Assembly: GCA_976226885.1 (NCBI GenBank)
Contig: OZ320314.1
Coordinates: forward strand, 52,142,001-52,206,000
Direction: 5' to 3'
DNA length: 64,000 bases
Source of the DNA: Iphione sp. A-MEVVRFRX5
Taxonomy: Eukaryota
The notes beneath the pieces are model-generated. The model was not told where the DNA came from. It worked only from the letters and a program-made list of their open reading frames with translations, and did no database searches. A program made the position numbers and the translations under genes. Positions 24,737-37,335 of the stretch are shown here, piece by piece. The stretch's first letter is position 1. Every line of letters starts with the position of its first letter.

Positions 24737-27479
24737 TACTTAATTCTAGCATGGATTTGAGACTATGAGTCTGATCAAATTACTGATCAGTTAAAATTAT
24801 GTAGCTCCTTCAAAATACACCATAAAAAATTACAAATTGCTGAACAAAAATACAAATGAGGCAGCTTTCAGACGGAAATATCAACAAATAATATAAAGTC
24901 AAAAATATCGGGGTTGTCTGAACACAGAAATAGTATTGATAAGAGAATATTACTATGGTGTGCATATAAAACTAGCTGTACGAGGCGCCTTGGAAGAGCA
25001 TGCTGACAGAACCCACAGGATTAGGTCATCACAGTCAACCAAAGTTACTGAGACAACCGGTTATATCTGCACACCAGAGTAGTGTTCTGTTTATTATACG
25101 GGTCTGTCCATGTCTCTGTAATGGGTTTAATTAGTATTTTGTAAGAAATAACATTTCATCTACCTCTGTTGTGGCTGTCATGTTGGTAGGCACATACCCT
25201 TTGTATGGACTCCTTATTTGATCATGTGACCCTTCGAATTTGGGAAAGCACATTAACACTAAACTGGAAGTAAAAACAAATAAAGATGGCCGACAGCATA
25301 TTTTAGAAGCAAAATGATAAAACCCCTTCAAAAGATCTTATTCAAGCACAATTATCATACGGACATGCTTCTAACTACATAATATTGTGAACGGTTGGTC
25401 ATTAATAATCTAGTTCTAAGAAAATCTACCAGAGGCGTGGTAGTCATGGGTTCATACACTCCCTGGTGAGCCGTACACAGACCTGTGTGTATGAACTTAT
25501 TGTGCTCAGTTGGTATATTCCCTTTATATCGGCATAGTCATATCATAAATGTAATGAGCAGTTGTAACCCGGGGGAATGCCACACTGAAACATACACACA
25601 CATGTTTACAAAGTTACAAAAGCTGCTCACTGGCATTAGGAATCACTTATTAAGAAACACATAAACGCACAACGAAGCGACAAAAACTACACCACTACCC
25701 AACGTGGTAGAATGCACATTGGTGGAATTAAGCTTCTTACTAGTTTACAACCTACCATTCGTGCCTCATAAACTGTCCAGCCTCACGCTCTTCCACACAG
25801 TGTCTATGCTATGATCACAGAACTCCGTCCACTGATTTGAGTGGAAGTTTGCATGTTGCAAGGCCTCCATTCCAGCCTTTTGACCATTCATCCACCTTAG
25901 TCTGCTCACCAGACGGCCAGTCAGCTAAATCAAATAGTGTTCCCAGGTCAAAGGCGAACCTGATACAATTAACGCTATAGATAGACACGACCAAAGACCC
26001 CTGGCGGCTCAGGTTGTTCCGTATCTGTGTAGAGCATGTATGATGAGGTGTGGAGTGAAATTAATTAATTAGAGACAAACCTTGCTGGCGACAATAGATG
26101 CAGAGATTTTGTGATTTGAAAGTAGATACCACTAAACACTGCTAAATTACTAACATAAACACATAGATTAATGCATATAGAATCGCGGGTTTAAAGCACA
26201 CTTATATTATGGATTTTCAAACATACTCCACCATTCTTTCCAAGTACTAATAACACTACTATACAAAGTGTATCCAAAGAGCCCTTCTAAAGGCAATATA
26301 CATATAGGTTACTCATGGCAACACACAAATTGGGGGATTACACACAATTTAAGCTTCATTTTTGAAACAGAAATTTCAATTTGAATGAATGTTGTCAACT
26401 ACAACATTCAATAGTATACAGTGAATCGCCCTGTTATATTCAACCACGTCACCTTGTCAACCAAGTGAGAGAATACACCATTGTTCTTTCATTATCTCAG
26501 TATAAAAAAAATCTTATTTGGCATAATTATATTTATAGCGAGGTGTACTACAAAGTCAAATCATATTATACAAACACAAGGCCACAAAAGCATAGGCATA
26601 AGTACATATACCTACACCGTTCTCTTCCTGTGCCATTTTCTGTCACATTGAAATTTTCTTTGGTAATTGCACATTTCAACCAACACACCCACATAAAAAT
26701 CTGAAGGCACACTGAGACACACACCTTACACACAAACCTATACTACGTGAAAAAAAGAGAAATGTTATACCATAACGTACGATGCACTCCAGGCACGATT
26801 GGTTGATTTTGAAACATCAGCTATAGAAATTGTAATCCATGAATCATTCTCATAATTCTGATCATCGATATTCCGCGATACTAAAAGTAACAAAAGTTCT
26901 GAAACATTATCGAAAGATGAGCGACAAAAGGTATATTCCTGTTGAATACTTGTTTTTCAACTTTGAATCCCCAAGATTCCTAAATTTTTCATAAAATAGT
27001 TTCGCCTTCACTGAATTCTTCCATAATCGTTTTTCCATCCTCCTTCGGTTGAAGTGGGGACTGACCTCCATTGCATAACTGGGAAAATACCGACCCTATA
27101 AGGGACAGGTTATTGATATTACTTTTTTCGACATGGCCGTGTGGTTCCGTTCCTCTTACAGGACCCACCGAGGCACAGACCACAGGCCACTACATTTACC
27201 ACCCGCACCACCACCTATAGACTTTGTGCAGATATCGTTCCATCAGCACCCTGATACCAGCGGGGCCACGTATTGAATCAAAGCTATTCTAATCTCTGGA
27301 GCTGTAGTCCCGTTACATTTACCATTCCCTGGGCCCTATCATAACATAGAAAGCCGACGGCATGCAGCTAGTAAAAAAAAGATACGGACGAAATTACTCC
27401 TCAATATCTTTAAGCTTTAGGGTGATGATGCTGGTGGTGGCGCCAGTGTTTTGGCTTATTCTGGAGGCGCCTGGTGCCT

Positions 27480-27800
27480 TGGTGTCCCCCAGGGGGCATA
27501 GTAATGTCATTACATAAGGCGAGCGGAACCGGAAGCAGAAGGCCTGGCTGCCCCCTAGCGGCTGGTGATTTGCCCCAATGGCTGCCAGTCGAGTGTTGGA
27601 CTGTGATTGGTCAGAACGCCTAAGGCGGCAGTTAGTTGGGAGGCCAGCAGAATGGCAAAGGCCTACAGATAAAGGCCAATACGGAAGCAGTGGAGTGCGT
27701 AGGAGCAGTGGGCATGGTGATGGTTGGATCGGACATGGGGCCAGGTGGGACAGGAGAGAGTGGGCCTTGGAGGGACGAAGGGCAATGATGACATAAAAGG
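27480..27800. promoter_or_regulatory. GC-rich promoter-like motif cluster
   Basis: CTCF-like 27486-27499 (+, 12/14) and 27548-27561 (-, CCGCTAGGGGGCAG); TTACATAA 27510-27517; ETS-type CCGGAAG 27529-27535; CCAAT at 27575 and 27676; ATTGG at 27606. No linked gene identified. Confidence 0.4.
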
Positions 27801-29430
27801 GAGGAGAGTCAGGAGAGTTGTACTAGAAATAGACTGACCGGTGAACTAAGCAGTTTAGTGGTCTTACTACGAACAGTGGGTCAAGCAAGACAATGGGGAA
27901 TCGAGAGACTGAACCGGCAGACAGAAAGGAAGCGAAGTTAAGTGAAACGAAAGTGACAAGCTAGCCGAAGGAAAGGTGGAGATTAAACTGAGGAGGCAAT
28001 CGGATAAGAGGAAAACTTAACAGCGGTATGTTCCAACGGTTCTCTCCTCTCTTGGCCTCCAATGTAAATTAACGGATTCACAAGTGCGACGAAAAGACCC
28101 CATAGATTGCTAAAGAAAATGCTTTGGGCCGGTCTTCTATCACAATAAGTCTACCTTTTACCCACCCCACCTCGTCCATCACCTATAACCAATCCTCTTC
28201 CACTGCCAAAGGAAATATGTTAAACAAGTTGGTAGCGGATAGAATGTGGGTTCGACCGGATGAGAGCGTACGATCTCGGTATGAAAATCCCTGAAGCCAA
28301 AAGTGTGACACCTGTCCGTTTCTCCTTACTCGCCGGCCTAGGCAATAACCAACTAATAAGCCAGTGCCCCGTGGTCTTTCTGACAAGTTATGTTCACCAG
28401 TCCCACCTGCAGGGAGAAGGATGGTGTTGCAGGGTGGCCCTGGGATCTGTTATAGTAGGAAGGAGACGGAAAAGTATGCTGCTCTCTTTCAGTCACCTAC
28501 ACCTATCTCCGCTGGCGACCTAGCATAACCTTTCGCTTTCATACCGAAGATGTGCCATGCCAATCACTGTATGATTGTCTGTTGACAGAAGCTTACCGAA
28601 GATGACATTTAACATTAGAAACTGGATTATATACTTGAATACCCAAGGCCGAAAACGTACCACAGTCAATATGTTTATAGTGTTATGTATTAAAGTAACC
28701 AGATCTTTCTGATAGTATATTCTGTTTTTTAGCTCACGATTTCGAGTAATAGTTTGATAAAGCCCTTGCCATTTTCAATTAACAGTGGTTATTGATATCT
28801 AGAAAGAAAGGACGCATTTTTCGTAAGACTAATCTATGCTTACAGTAATGTTGTATTAGTTCCAAGAGCAAATATCACCTTCCATTAGCCAAATTGAAGA
28901 ATTATACTGTGCTGAACCACCACACGTTACCATTAAGCCTTTCATAATCTTCACAATACGCTTCAGTGTAAAACACCAGGGTAATGTCAGTGGCACCTTT
29001 TGCTACATGTTATGGTTTATGGCTTTCGTTTGACCGTGGCCTTCCATGATGACGCCATCCCCTCACAGTGTCGTTGAAAATGAGTTATGATCATTCAGCA
29101 TCATAAATTTCTCTGGTCAGGAATGAGAAGTTGTGTGTAATATTTTTCTGTCACTTTTGGACTGTTAGGACTAAAAGGTAAAGAATGCCGTCATTTGTCA
29201 GCCATCGATGCATTGCAGGCTAGGGTTCGTATGCGATTGGATGGCTGCAAATTCTGTCGTAACTGAAAAGTGGAATATGAAACTAAGCTTACTCGCGAGC
29301 TTCTTCTCATTCTTTATTTTCACTTGGTATTGTGGGTACGTTCAAACGTCTATCCGCTTAAAAACGTTGGATTCGTGAGGGCTTTCCTAGCGGGCAGTAT
29401 GTCTAAGTGGAGATCTTTGAGGACTAAGTA

Positions 29431-30970
29431 CAGGAGTCTCTATACATGATGTTAGCAGATAAATGTAGGGCCACAGAAAATGTATTCCAAATTGTGGGGA
29501 TATATAGGTCCCCAAATATTGATTGGGTAAGCTTTCTAAATAGTTATGAAGACATTTTGGAGAGAGTAATGAGACAAGCACCAGATGTAATATTAATTGG
29601 TGACTACATTTTACCCAGAATATAGTGAAATATTTTGGTGAAAAGGTGTTGCCATATCAATGGAAAATAGCTATGGTAACACCAATTTTTAATAAAAACA
29701 GGTGCCAAATTATAGGCCAGTAAGCGTCCTTCCCCTACCATCCAAAAAGATAGTGTACACAAGGGTAGTGGATTATTTAGAAAGAAAGAATAGATTATAT
29801 AAAAAACAGTATGGGTTTAAGGCTAGGAGTTCTACGGGGGGTGCCACAATAGGCATGATAGATATGATATATTTAGATTTGAATGAGGAAAAGAAAATAG
29901 CTAGTTGTTTTATTAATTTTAGTAAGGCATTTGATAGTTTAAACCATGATATTTTGTTACATGAAATTCGGGAGGTAGGTTTAGGGAGTATGATAGAGTG
30001 GTTTCTCCATTACTTAACTAATAAAAAGCAGTAAGTAAATGTAAACGGTGAGTTAAGCAGTTTAAAATTGCATGTGGCTTTCCTCAGGGAAGTTCATTGG
30101 GGCCTGTTTTGTTTTTACTCTATCTATATAAATGACTAAGCAAGTGTGGAGGCGGAAGGAACTTTATTTTTGTATGCTGATAATGCTACTATAGTAACTG
30201 AGGTTGAAACTTGGGATAGATGCACTGAGAAAATGCAAAATGACCCAAATGCTGGTGTCAGAGAAATGAATTACGGGTTAATTGACAAAAGAAGAAAATA
30301 TGCACTTTAGTTATATGAATAGTGACCAAAATGATCAGGGCAGTCTTAAGATAGGGAACGAAAGCATGGCAACGTGTTAAAGGTACAAATACCTAGGCTG
30401 GGAGCTGGATAATAGACTTATGTATAGGCAACAATGCACGAAAACAGTAGTGAGGGTAGCAGGCAGAATTGCTATGCTGAGGAAGGTGTGGAAGTATATC
30501 AGCCAAGCAGATGCTTTTATGATTAGTAGAATGATGATTGCGCCTGTATTAAGTAATAATTACACACTCCAAGCAATATCTAAAATGAGAGAATGGGAGA
30601 GAGTAAAGGACAGTATATTACATGTGTATACAGTCTGTACGGGCAAGAGTGGAGAAAGAACGAAGGAGATCATGAGGGAGAAGGGTATCTTACCGATAGC
30701 CCTCTGGAGTAAATGCCACTGAAGTCTGAACATAAAAGAGTGATAGAAGGACATAAAAAATTATAAGTACAGAAGGATGGCACAGGGGGGATAACGAATA
30801 AGATGGTATTGAATATTCCAAGGCCAAAGCGAGAAAGATTCAGTGGGAGTTGTGTGTTTATAGGGCGGTTGATTTGGAGGGATCTCCCAAAAGAAATAAG
30901 AAGAATACAAAACCAATTACTGTTTAAATGAACAGTAAAGAATTATATGGTTAAAAAGAATGAAAGGTTG
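29431..30970 (+). mobile_element. Decayed non-LTR retrotransposon (L2/CR1 group) ORF2: partial APE endonuclease joined to RT and C-terminus
   Basis: EN frame 29431-29604 reads ESLY...IVGIYRSP...DVILIGD. RT motifs follow: LPYQWKIAMVTPIF, NYRPVSVLP, QYGFK..ST, FINFSKAFDSLNHDILL, WFLHYLTNKKQ, CGFPQGSSLGPVLFLL (30073-30120) and LYADN (30173). The C-terminus reads NIPRPKRERFSGS..IWRDLPKEIR..FK. Several stops and frameshifts. Confidence 0.95.
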
Positions 30971-33744
30971 TGTAGAGAAATTTTCAAGTCCATTGAATGA
31001 TGTTTATCTATATAGAAATGAGAAGCTGGTATCCATAACGCCAGTAACAAAATTAAGAATTTGTACACTAAGAATGTCATCCATTCACCAACATAGCATA
31101 CCTTGCATCATCACCAATATCAGATGTCTTTCTTTTCATTATTATCATAACCCAAAATAATGGGTAGCTGTTTCATTGAAACTAAGATAGATGTACCATG
31201 AATAGCAGAACGGGTATGGGTGATGTTTGTTGTGAACCAAGGTGTTTTCTAAAGAGAAAAGGGAATAATTAGATCATATGATCTTCCATGTTGGCTTAAT
31301 AATAAAAAAAAAACAGAGAATCTCTCGTATGTCATGTAAAAGTTTCAAGAAGGAAGGTCTACACAGAAATAAGGTTTTATGAAAATAATATATTTTATTC
31401 AAGAGTTTCTGTCTTTTTATATGATCCCACCCTGGTCGGCATATATGTAAACAATAACAAATTACTTTTAAGGCAACCTGACATGGCACGACAAAGGTAT
31501 TTTGTACAACTACTACGCAGGAAGAGAGCAGACACATCTAGTCTACTCCAGTTCTTGCATCCAATAACCCAATAGTCATGTCAGACAGAGTAATCGTCAA
31601 TCTCAAAAAGAAAATATATGCTTGCGTTTCACAATCATCACAATATATAATAATATTTGTATATATATCTGGCATACCATCCACTTTACGTGGGGAAAGC
31701 TATTGCTAGATCTTAAATCACTACCAGTACCACAATGATTGACAAGAATAGCAATCATGCTCTGTACAGCCACAGTATAGGTGTAATGTGAACATAGAGG
31801 CTCTTATTCGTTCATTACAGAACTTTTAAGCTTGAAAGGACGGTTGTGATCAGCCACGGAATACGGGTAATGCAAAACTATAAGAAACTGTAAGAAAACA
31901 TGTTTAGGTGTCATTTGGTACAAAGATTAGGGAAATACATTTTAGATCTGGAGATATTCAATTCAAAGTTGATATAATCACTCTTTCAAAAAGATGGAAT
32001 TGAATGCTTTTTTGGCATTCTTAAGTGTAAAACACCTAGATACTTTGAAACAAGTTCTAGAGAAGACATCCTTGAAAGGCTTTCAGCTCTTATCAGCATG
32101 CATTTCTTATTCTACATTACATAGGCACTTAAAACGATCTTTAAACTGTATTATTATGGTGACGTTACGTATGTGTTAATGTGCATTATCCGATCTCATG
32201 ACTCAAAATTGACCAAGACTACATTCTTGAAATAAATTTTTCATAGAAAAATAAGCAAAGAAAGTTTTTCATGACTAGGTTTTCATTACCTTCATTTTAG
32301 GCCTCTTAAATAGTTATTGTACATTTTGACACAAATTTATTGAATACCCCTTTTTCCAAGGCTGGTCACAGACCAATTACAGTTGGTAATTCCTAGTCTG
32401 CCGTTGTAGATATCTGCTCCCATAGGTAGAGATTTATAGCTATGGGAAGAGACCTTTTGCGATCAGGTTCTATTCGGAAATCCCTCCCTTGCATTGTCTG
32501 TCATACAATAGAGCAAGATCAAACTGCCAATGTCGACTTAAACATTAGCAGTAGTAGGGAGAAGGGATCATATGAGGCCAGCACATATGAGTCTCGATCC
32601 TGATAGAGAATCCGTGCTAGGATCCAACATGGGACAGCATGTCTATATTTTTATCTTTCTTGCAGGGGAAGAAGAAAGTCCCTGACGCAGCAGTCAAAGG
32701 TTTCAGTCAGAATGGCAACATACATTTGTAAAATTGCTTTCTCATTCATATATTGAACAAAGACATTACCTTAAGGCAACACCGTTTCTTTATTGCTACA
32801 TTTGAATAGTGCACCCTTGACATAGGGTCAACTTTTACTAAAAATAGTTTAATGATAATTATCATTCTGGCACATCTGAGACTTGTGATTAATCTGCGCA
32901 TCTTCTTTGGATACTCGTCCGTTTCAAATACATGAGTATGTTATAAATAGCTTTGTCCCTTTCCTCTATCGTGATATAGGAATGGCTGACCTTCTGGATG
33001 GCTGAATAGTACATACCTGAATGTATTAAACAATGAAATAAAGTTCCTTGCAGACATGGAAAAGGGAAGTGAATATTATTCAGCACGGTGCAAAACAAAT
33101 GGCACCCACATACTGTGGTGACCATCTTGCAAAATGTAGTTTTTAGTCCCTGCCAGTCAATGCCGTTGTTTCATCCACTACCCTGAGGTGATAACGTTGA
33201 TGGCGAATCACGAAACTCTTGAAACCTCTTAGCACATCTCAACACAATAATATTTTAATGGATTACGATAATATTAAGTCTTTAAAATATACAACTGTGT
33301 CATTGCTGACGTAATGAGCGGCCTTGAAGGGATATAGCAATGCTAAGGAAACATCACTTTGGAAAAAACACTTTGACAAGGCATTTGCCAGTTTCAATTA
33401 TTATGACATTACTGTATCCAACTTATATGATTACTGTTCTGCTTCCAGGGACATAAAGATAAACAGCACTGAATGAAGTAGAGGTACCATTTCCTGGAAG
33501 GCTCAGACCACGATGGAAATGTCCCTTTATACAGTCCATTACTGTACTGTAGAGAACAATTGCCGTAATGTGTTAATGTACCGGACCAAATGAAAGAACG
33601 GTCCGACGCAATTCACCGTCTGAAAAGGGTTAAAAAGAACTTAGGGACGCCTTGGCCCTTACATCACAATTGTTTTGCGATATTTACAATGGAGGTTATT
33701 GTGCATCTTTCCTATCAGAATATCTTTTTATTCATATAACCATT

Positions 33745-33822
33745 AGGCCTACTAATAAAATATCTGTGTCTCCAGTATCCCGACCAACCCAGATTTTTCT
33801 CCGAATGAAACATCATTTTTTT
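33745..33822. mobile_element. Left-end fragment of the GGCC-terminal MITE family (see 45980-46319)
   Basis: TTAGGCCTACTAATAAAATATCTGTGTCTCCAGTATCCCGACCAACCC aligns to the left end of the 45980 copy (GGCCTAAACAAAAAATATCTGTGTTTCCGGTAACCGGACCGACCC). No right end seen. Confidence 0.65.
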
Positions 33823-35329
33823 AAAAGTTTGTGAATATCTTCAGAATAGGTAATGTTAAAAACATATACAATACAACATTGTGTTTCAGGGGCCGTAGCG
33901 CTCATATTTAATTTGAATAATGTAACACTAACATTTGGTAATTGCGATGAATAGTGAAGTTTCCATTGCAAAATTGTTTCTTGGCGCCTCTAGCTTATTA
34001 CGGAATACTCTGTTAGCCCTGAACATTGGTTTTCAGGAAGAGTAAGCACCGTTAGAACATTGCATAAACAACATGTGGCTAAATCAACAAATACATCCTG
34101 AGACATGAACAGATAGAGTAGATTTCAATCAGATATCATTACTGTATTTGAAGCTACAGGCTCCAGCTAGCTGCATCGATACTTAGATAGGAATGGTATT
34201 GTTATATATTAGTAATCTGTATCTTCAGTCAGAGATGGAGGTGGAGGGTGGTCACTTGATGCGCATAGCTTATATTTAATTTTTATTGTAAATATAGTTC
34301 TAAATTAAAAATTAAGCGGAAAAACGTTGAACACACGTGAAAGTGAGACACTTCTTGTGCAAAGATAGCTCTGGCTGCAAAACATGGCAAAATAAATTGG
34401 TCTTGATTAAATTATCCTTGTGGAATGGTTGTCATTTAATTTTTGCCAAGGCAACGGCTGTGGTTTGGTACAGCTTTCTTCGCGATATAATACATAGTAA
34501 AATTCCCGATGCTCTCTTTGTGGTTTTTAGTTTATAATAAGCAGTGTCATTGCAACCAGTGTGCTCAAAACAGTTACAAACATTATTTTGCTGCACGTTG
34601 TCAATATAATGGATATGAATAGAAAATAGAGTATCACTAGAAATACCAGGACGGAATTGGGTTAACCTGCTATTATTTATATCTATCTCGTTGAAAAATG
34701 GTGGCATATTGTGACATTTGCATCCCTCTTATGTATAAATATTCTTGATACTGAATGTGAAAAAGATACTAGATAACTACTTACGAATGCAAGAACATTT
34801 AAGCCGCGAAAAAGTGCGATTAGTAAAAGGATAGGATATCCATATCAAAAAGATGAACCAATAGTAACAGAAGCATGAATATAGATACAAACTAAGCAAA
34901 TACTCAAGTAACACTTTTAACGAATATACATGTGTATTCCTGTTCAAAGCCCAGGTTCACACGGGGCCCTGTCCATTCGATTGGTATCGACTATGTCCAG
35001 CGTACGTCTACGTATATCTTCGTTCCTGGCCATTATCGACCTTATAACCCAACTGTCTACTCTCCAAGGAAACCTTTGGGTTAACCTTCTTTCGCATTGG
35101 CCTCGCCAATGTCCCTTTTTGTAGCCTAATCTACTGTATTCCCACCTTTGGTTTACTTCTGATCAGTTCACCTAACGCATTCAAACGGATCGTTGATTCG
35201 AGCTACAAAGAGGGAGAGAGTTTCGTATTTCCCTGCTTCTCTCAGATAAGTTGCCTTTATGCCTGTATTATTGCATGCACTTACATCCTATTCATCTGAT
35301 TGTTGCTCGTAGTATGAAGACATTCATGG

Positions 35330-35600
35330 CGTTTTTTCGTTTCCTCCGTAAAAGAACAACTGTAGTTAATGAAATTGCTATCTTCTATTCTTTGGGGTTC
35401 CCACCGCAAGGGGGTCTTACTCAAGGAACACTGTTGGGTGCTCCCATCACCTTCCGATTATGTGACCTTCTGTTTAGTCCTCCTATACAGAATAACTCTG
35501 TTTCTGTTGAGAGAGAATGAATTTCCAGAGGTTACAGCTCACTACAGGCTCTGATTCCAGTCCTAATTAACAAAAAGAAAGATATGTTAAACTGTCCTCC
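35330..35600 (+). mobile_element. Possible very old LINE reverse-transcriptase remnant
   Basis: ORF 35251-35520 contains FLRKRTTVV...GGLTQGTLLGAPITF..CDL. This resembles FLxxRxQxV...GGVPQGTxLGPxxF..NDL with near-canonical spacing. No YxDD motif is visible. Confidence 0.35.
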
Positions 35601-36810
35601 TTCCTAACAGAGTATTGTGTGCTACTATATGACCATTCAATAATCTGTCCCAGCATATCCTCATCGACCTACAAATGCTAGTCACAGACACACGTACCCT
35701 CACACATCCCCCACCTACACCGCCATCTGCTGCCAAATGCCTCTTCCTCACTAGCAACTATTACCATGCCCAAAGCCACCACACCATCCTTGCGCTGGCG
35801 AGTTCCCAGAGCGGACGAAGGTCAGACAAGCAGAGAATGCCATGTGCCACTAGAATGTCAATACACCACTGGGATCAAAGGTGTTGAAGTTAGCAGGGCC
35901 TGTGGCGGTGAAGGGTGGGTTGATAAAGGAGACTGAAGAGGATGGATTCCCAGAGACCTGTCCAGGTTGCTTAGGCGTGTTAGATGGGTGGATCAAGGTA
36001 CTTTCCGTGTGCAAGATGTGTGACTGAAAATAATTGTCACCGTGTATTTGTACTTGAACGATCGCGTGTTCACAGAGAAACAGTTGTCTGTTCAAACTAA
36101 TTCATTCGTGACAATTGTTTAGACATATTAACAACTGAGAATAGTTCTATAATTGAAAGCAACGTTTGGCTATCTTCACAATAAAATCTTTTTTCACCAG
36201 TTATAACAAATTTAAAGAAGCTGCTGTGAACTTCCTGCATTTTAGACCTTGATATCTGTAGCTAACACCGCTAAGGACAGATGACTTCAGTGAATTTGGC
36301 AATTCAGATACAGACTTAGGAAAAGACCATTATATGAAGCTATGTACTACTAATATCCATAATATCGTTCCCTTTGCTATTTACAAGTGACTGGCTGGTG
36401 GTAACTTCAATGCTTTCATGATGGGAAGCAGGCTATATTCCTGTATTCATCGGAAAATCTAATACATCATGATACTGTTCCTTTGACTGTTGTTCCTCTT
36501 ACCCATTTTCCAAATGAAATCTCTATTTAGCCGAAGTATTCAGACTAGCATTGTTCAGTCAGGGCAGGTCTATGCTGAATAGCCCCATTTCCATATACTA
36601 CTCGCTATATGACATCGCCGACACCATTCAGCCACTCGTGCCTACCAACTAGGAAGAGATTCTCCCACGTCAGGTTTGGAATGGGGATAGGGCGGGAGAC
36701 AGATTATGTCTTTTATTTGCACAGCTCAAATTATATTTTCTATGTCTCCCAGCGGAAAACGGGATAGCCTTCGTTCTTATCTATCGCAGAATATTACAAA
36801 GATATATAAA

Positions 36811-36830
36811 TATATATATATATATATATA
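36811..36830. repeat. (TA)10 microsatellite
   Basis: Perfect TA run. Confidence 0.97.
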
Positions 36831-37149
36831 ATCTACGCGTTCTATGGCGGAAAGGCTTGTAGATTCATGATGCCATTTATGTCAGAGTTGATGGTGTCTA
36901 CTGTTACCATCCTAATTGAGGAAGCAGACCCTGCCCATCTATTATAGAATATAAATACACACACGCATGAGAATCGCCCTCTTGGATTGCCATGAGAACT
37001 AATATGGCCATCAATTACATGAAACCATTGTCTCTGCTATCCTGGAATGCTCGGCAATTTGAGTCTCTCATTAATGTAAACATATTTATACATATTTAAA
37101 GAATGTTATAGGCAGTCAGTGTAACCTATACGGAAGGCACATAGCCATC

Positions 37150-37335
37150 TCAACAGACACCTATACAGAATGCTACAGAAGAAACACAAGTATAATGATG
37201 ACCTACACTAAAGGAAAACAGCAGGTAACAGTCATTTAACAAAATGTACACAACAAGTAACACGCCCTCTTTACAGAATGTAATAGAAGCTACACAGTAG
37301 GTAACAGACACCTATTTTGAAAGTTACAGAAGGTA
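37150..37335. repeat. Degenerate 33-45 bp tandem repeat
   Basis: AACAGACACCTAT at 37152 and 37303; related GTAACA...ACAGAATG..AGAAG units at 37224 and 37257. Confidence 0.55.

Noticed and set aside
28088-28100. GACGAAAAGACCC matching a conserved mitochondrial 16S rRNA word (possible NUMT)
   Set aside because: Only 13 nt; flanks do not follow the rRNA.
37003-37100. MKPLSLLSWNARQF resembling the start of an L1/Tx1 endonuclease
   Set aside because: Stops within about 25 codons with no QET or GV motifs; near chance expectation.
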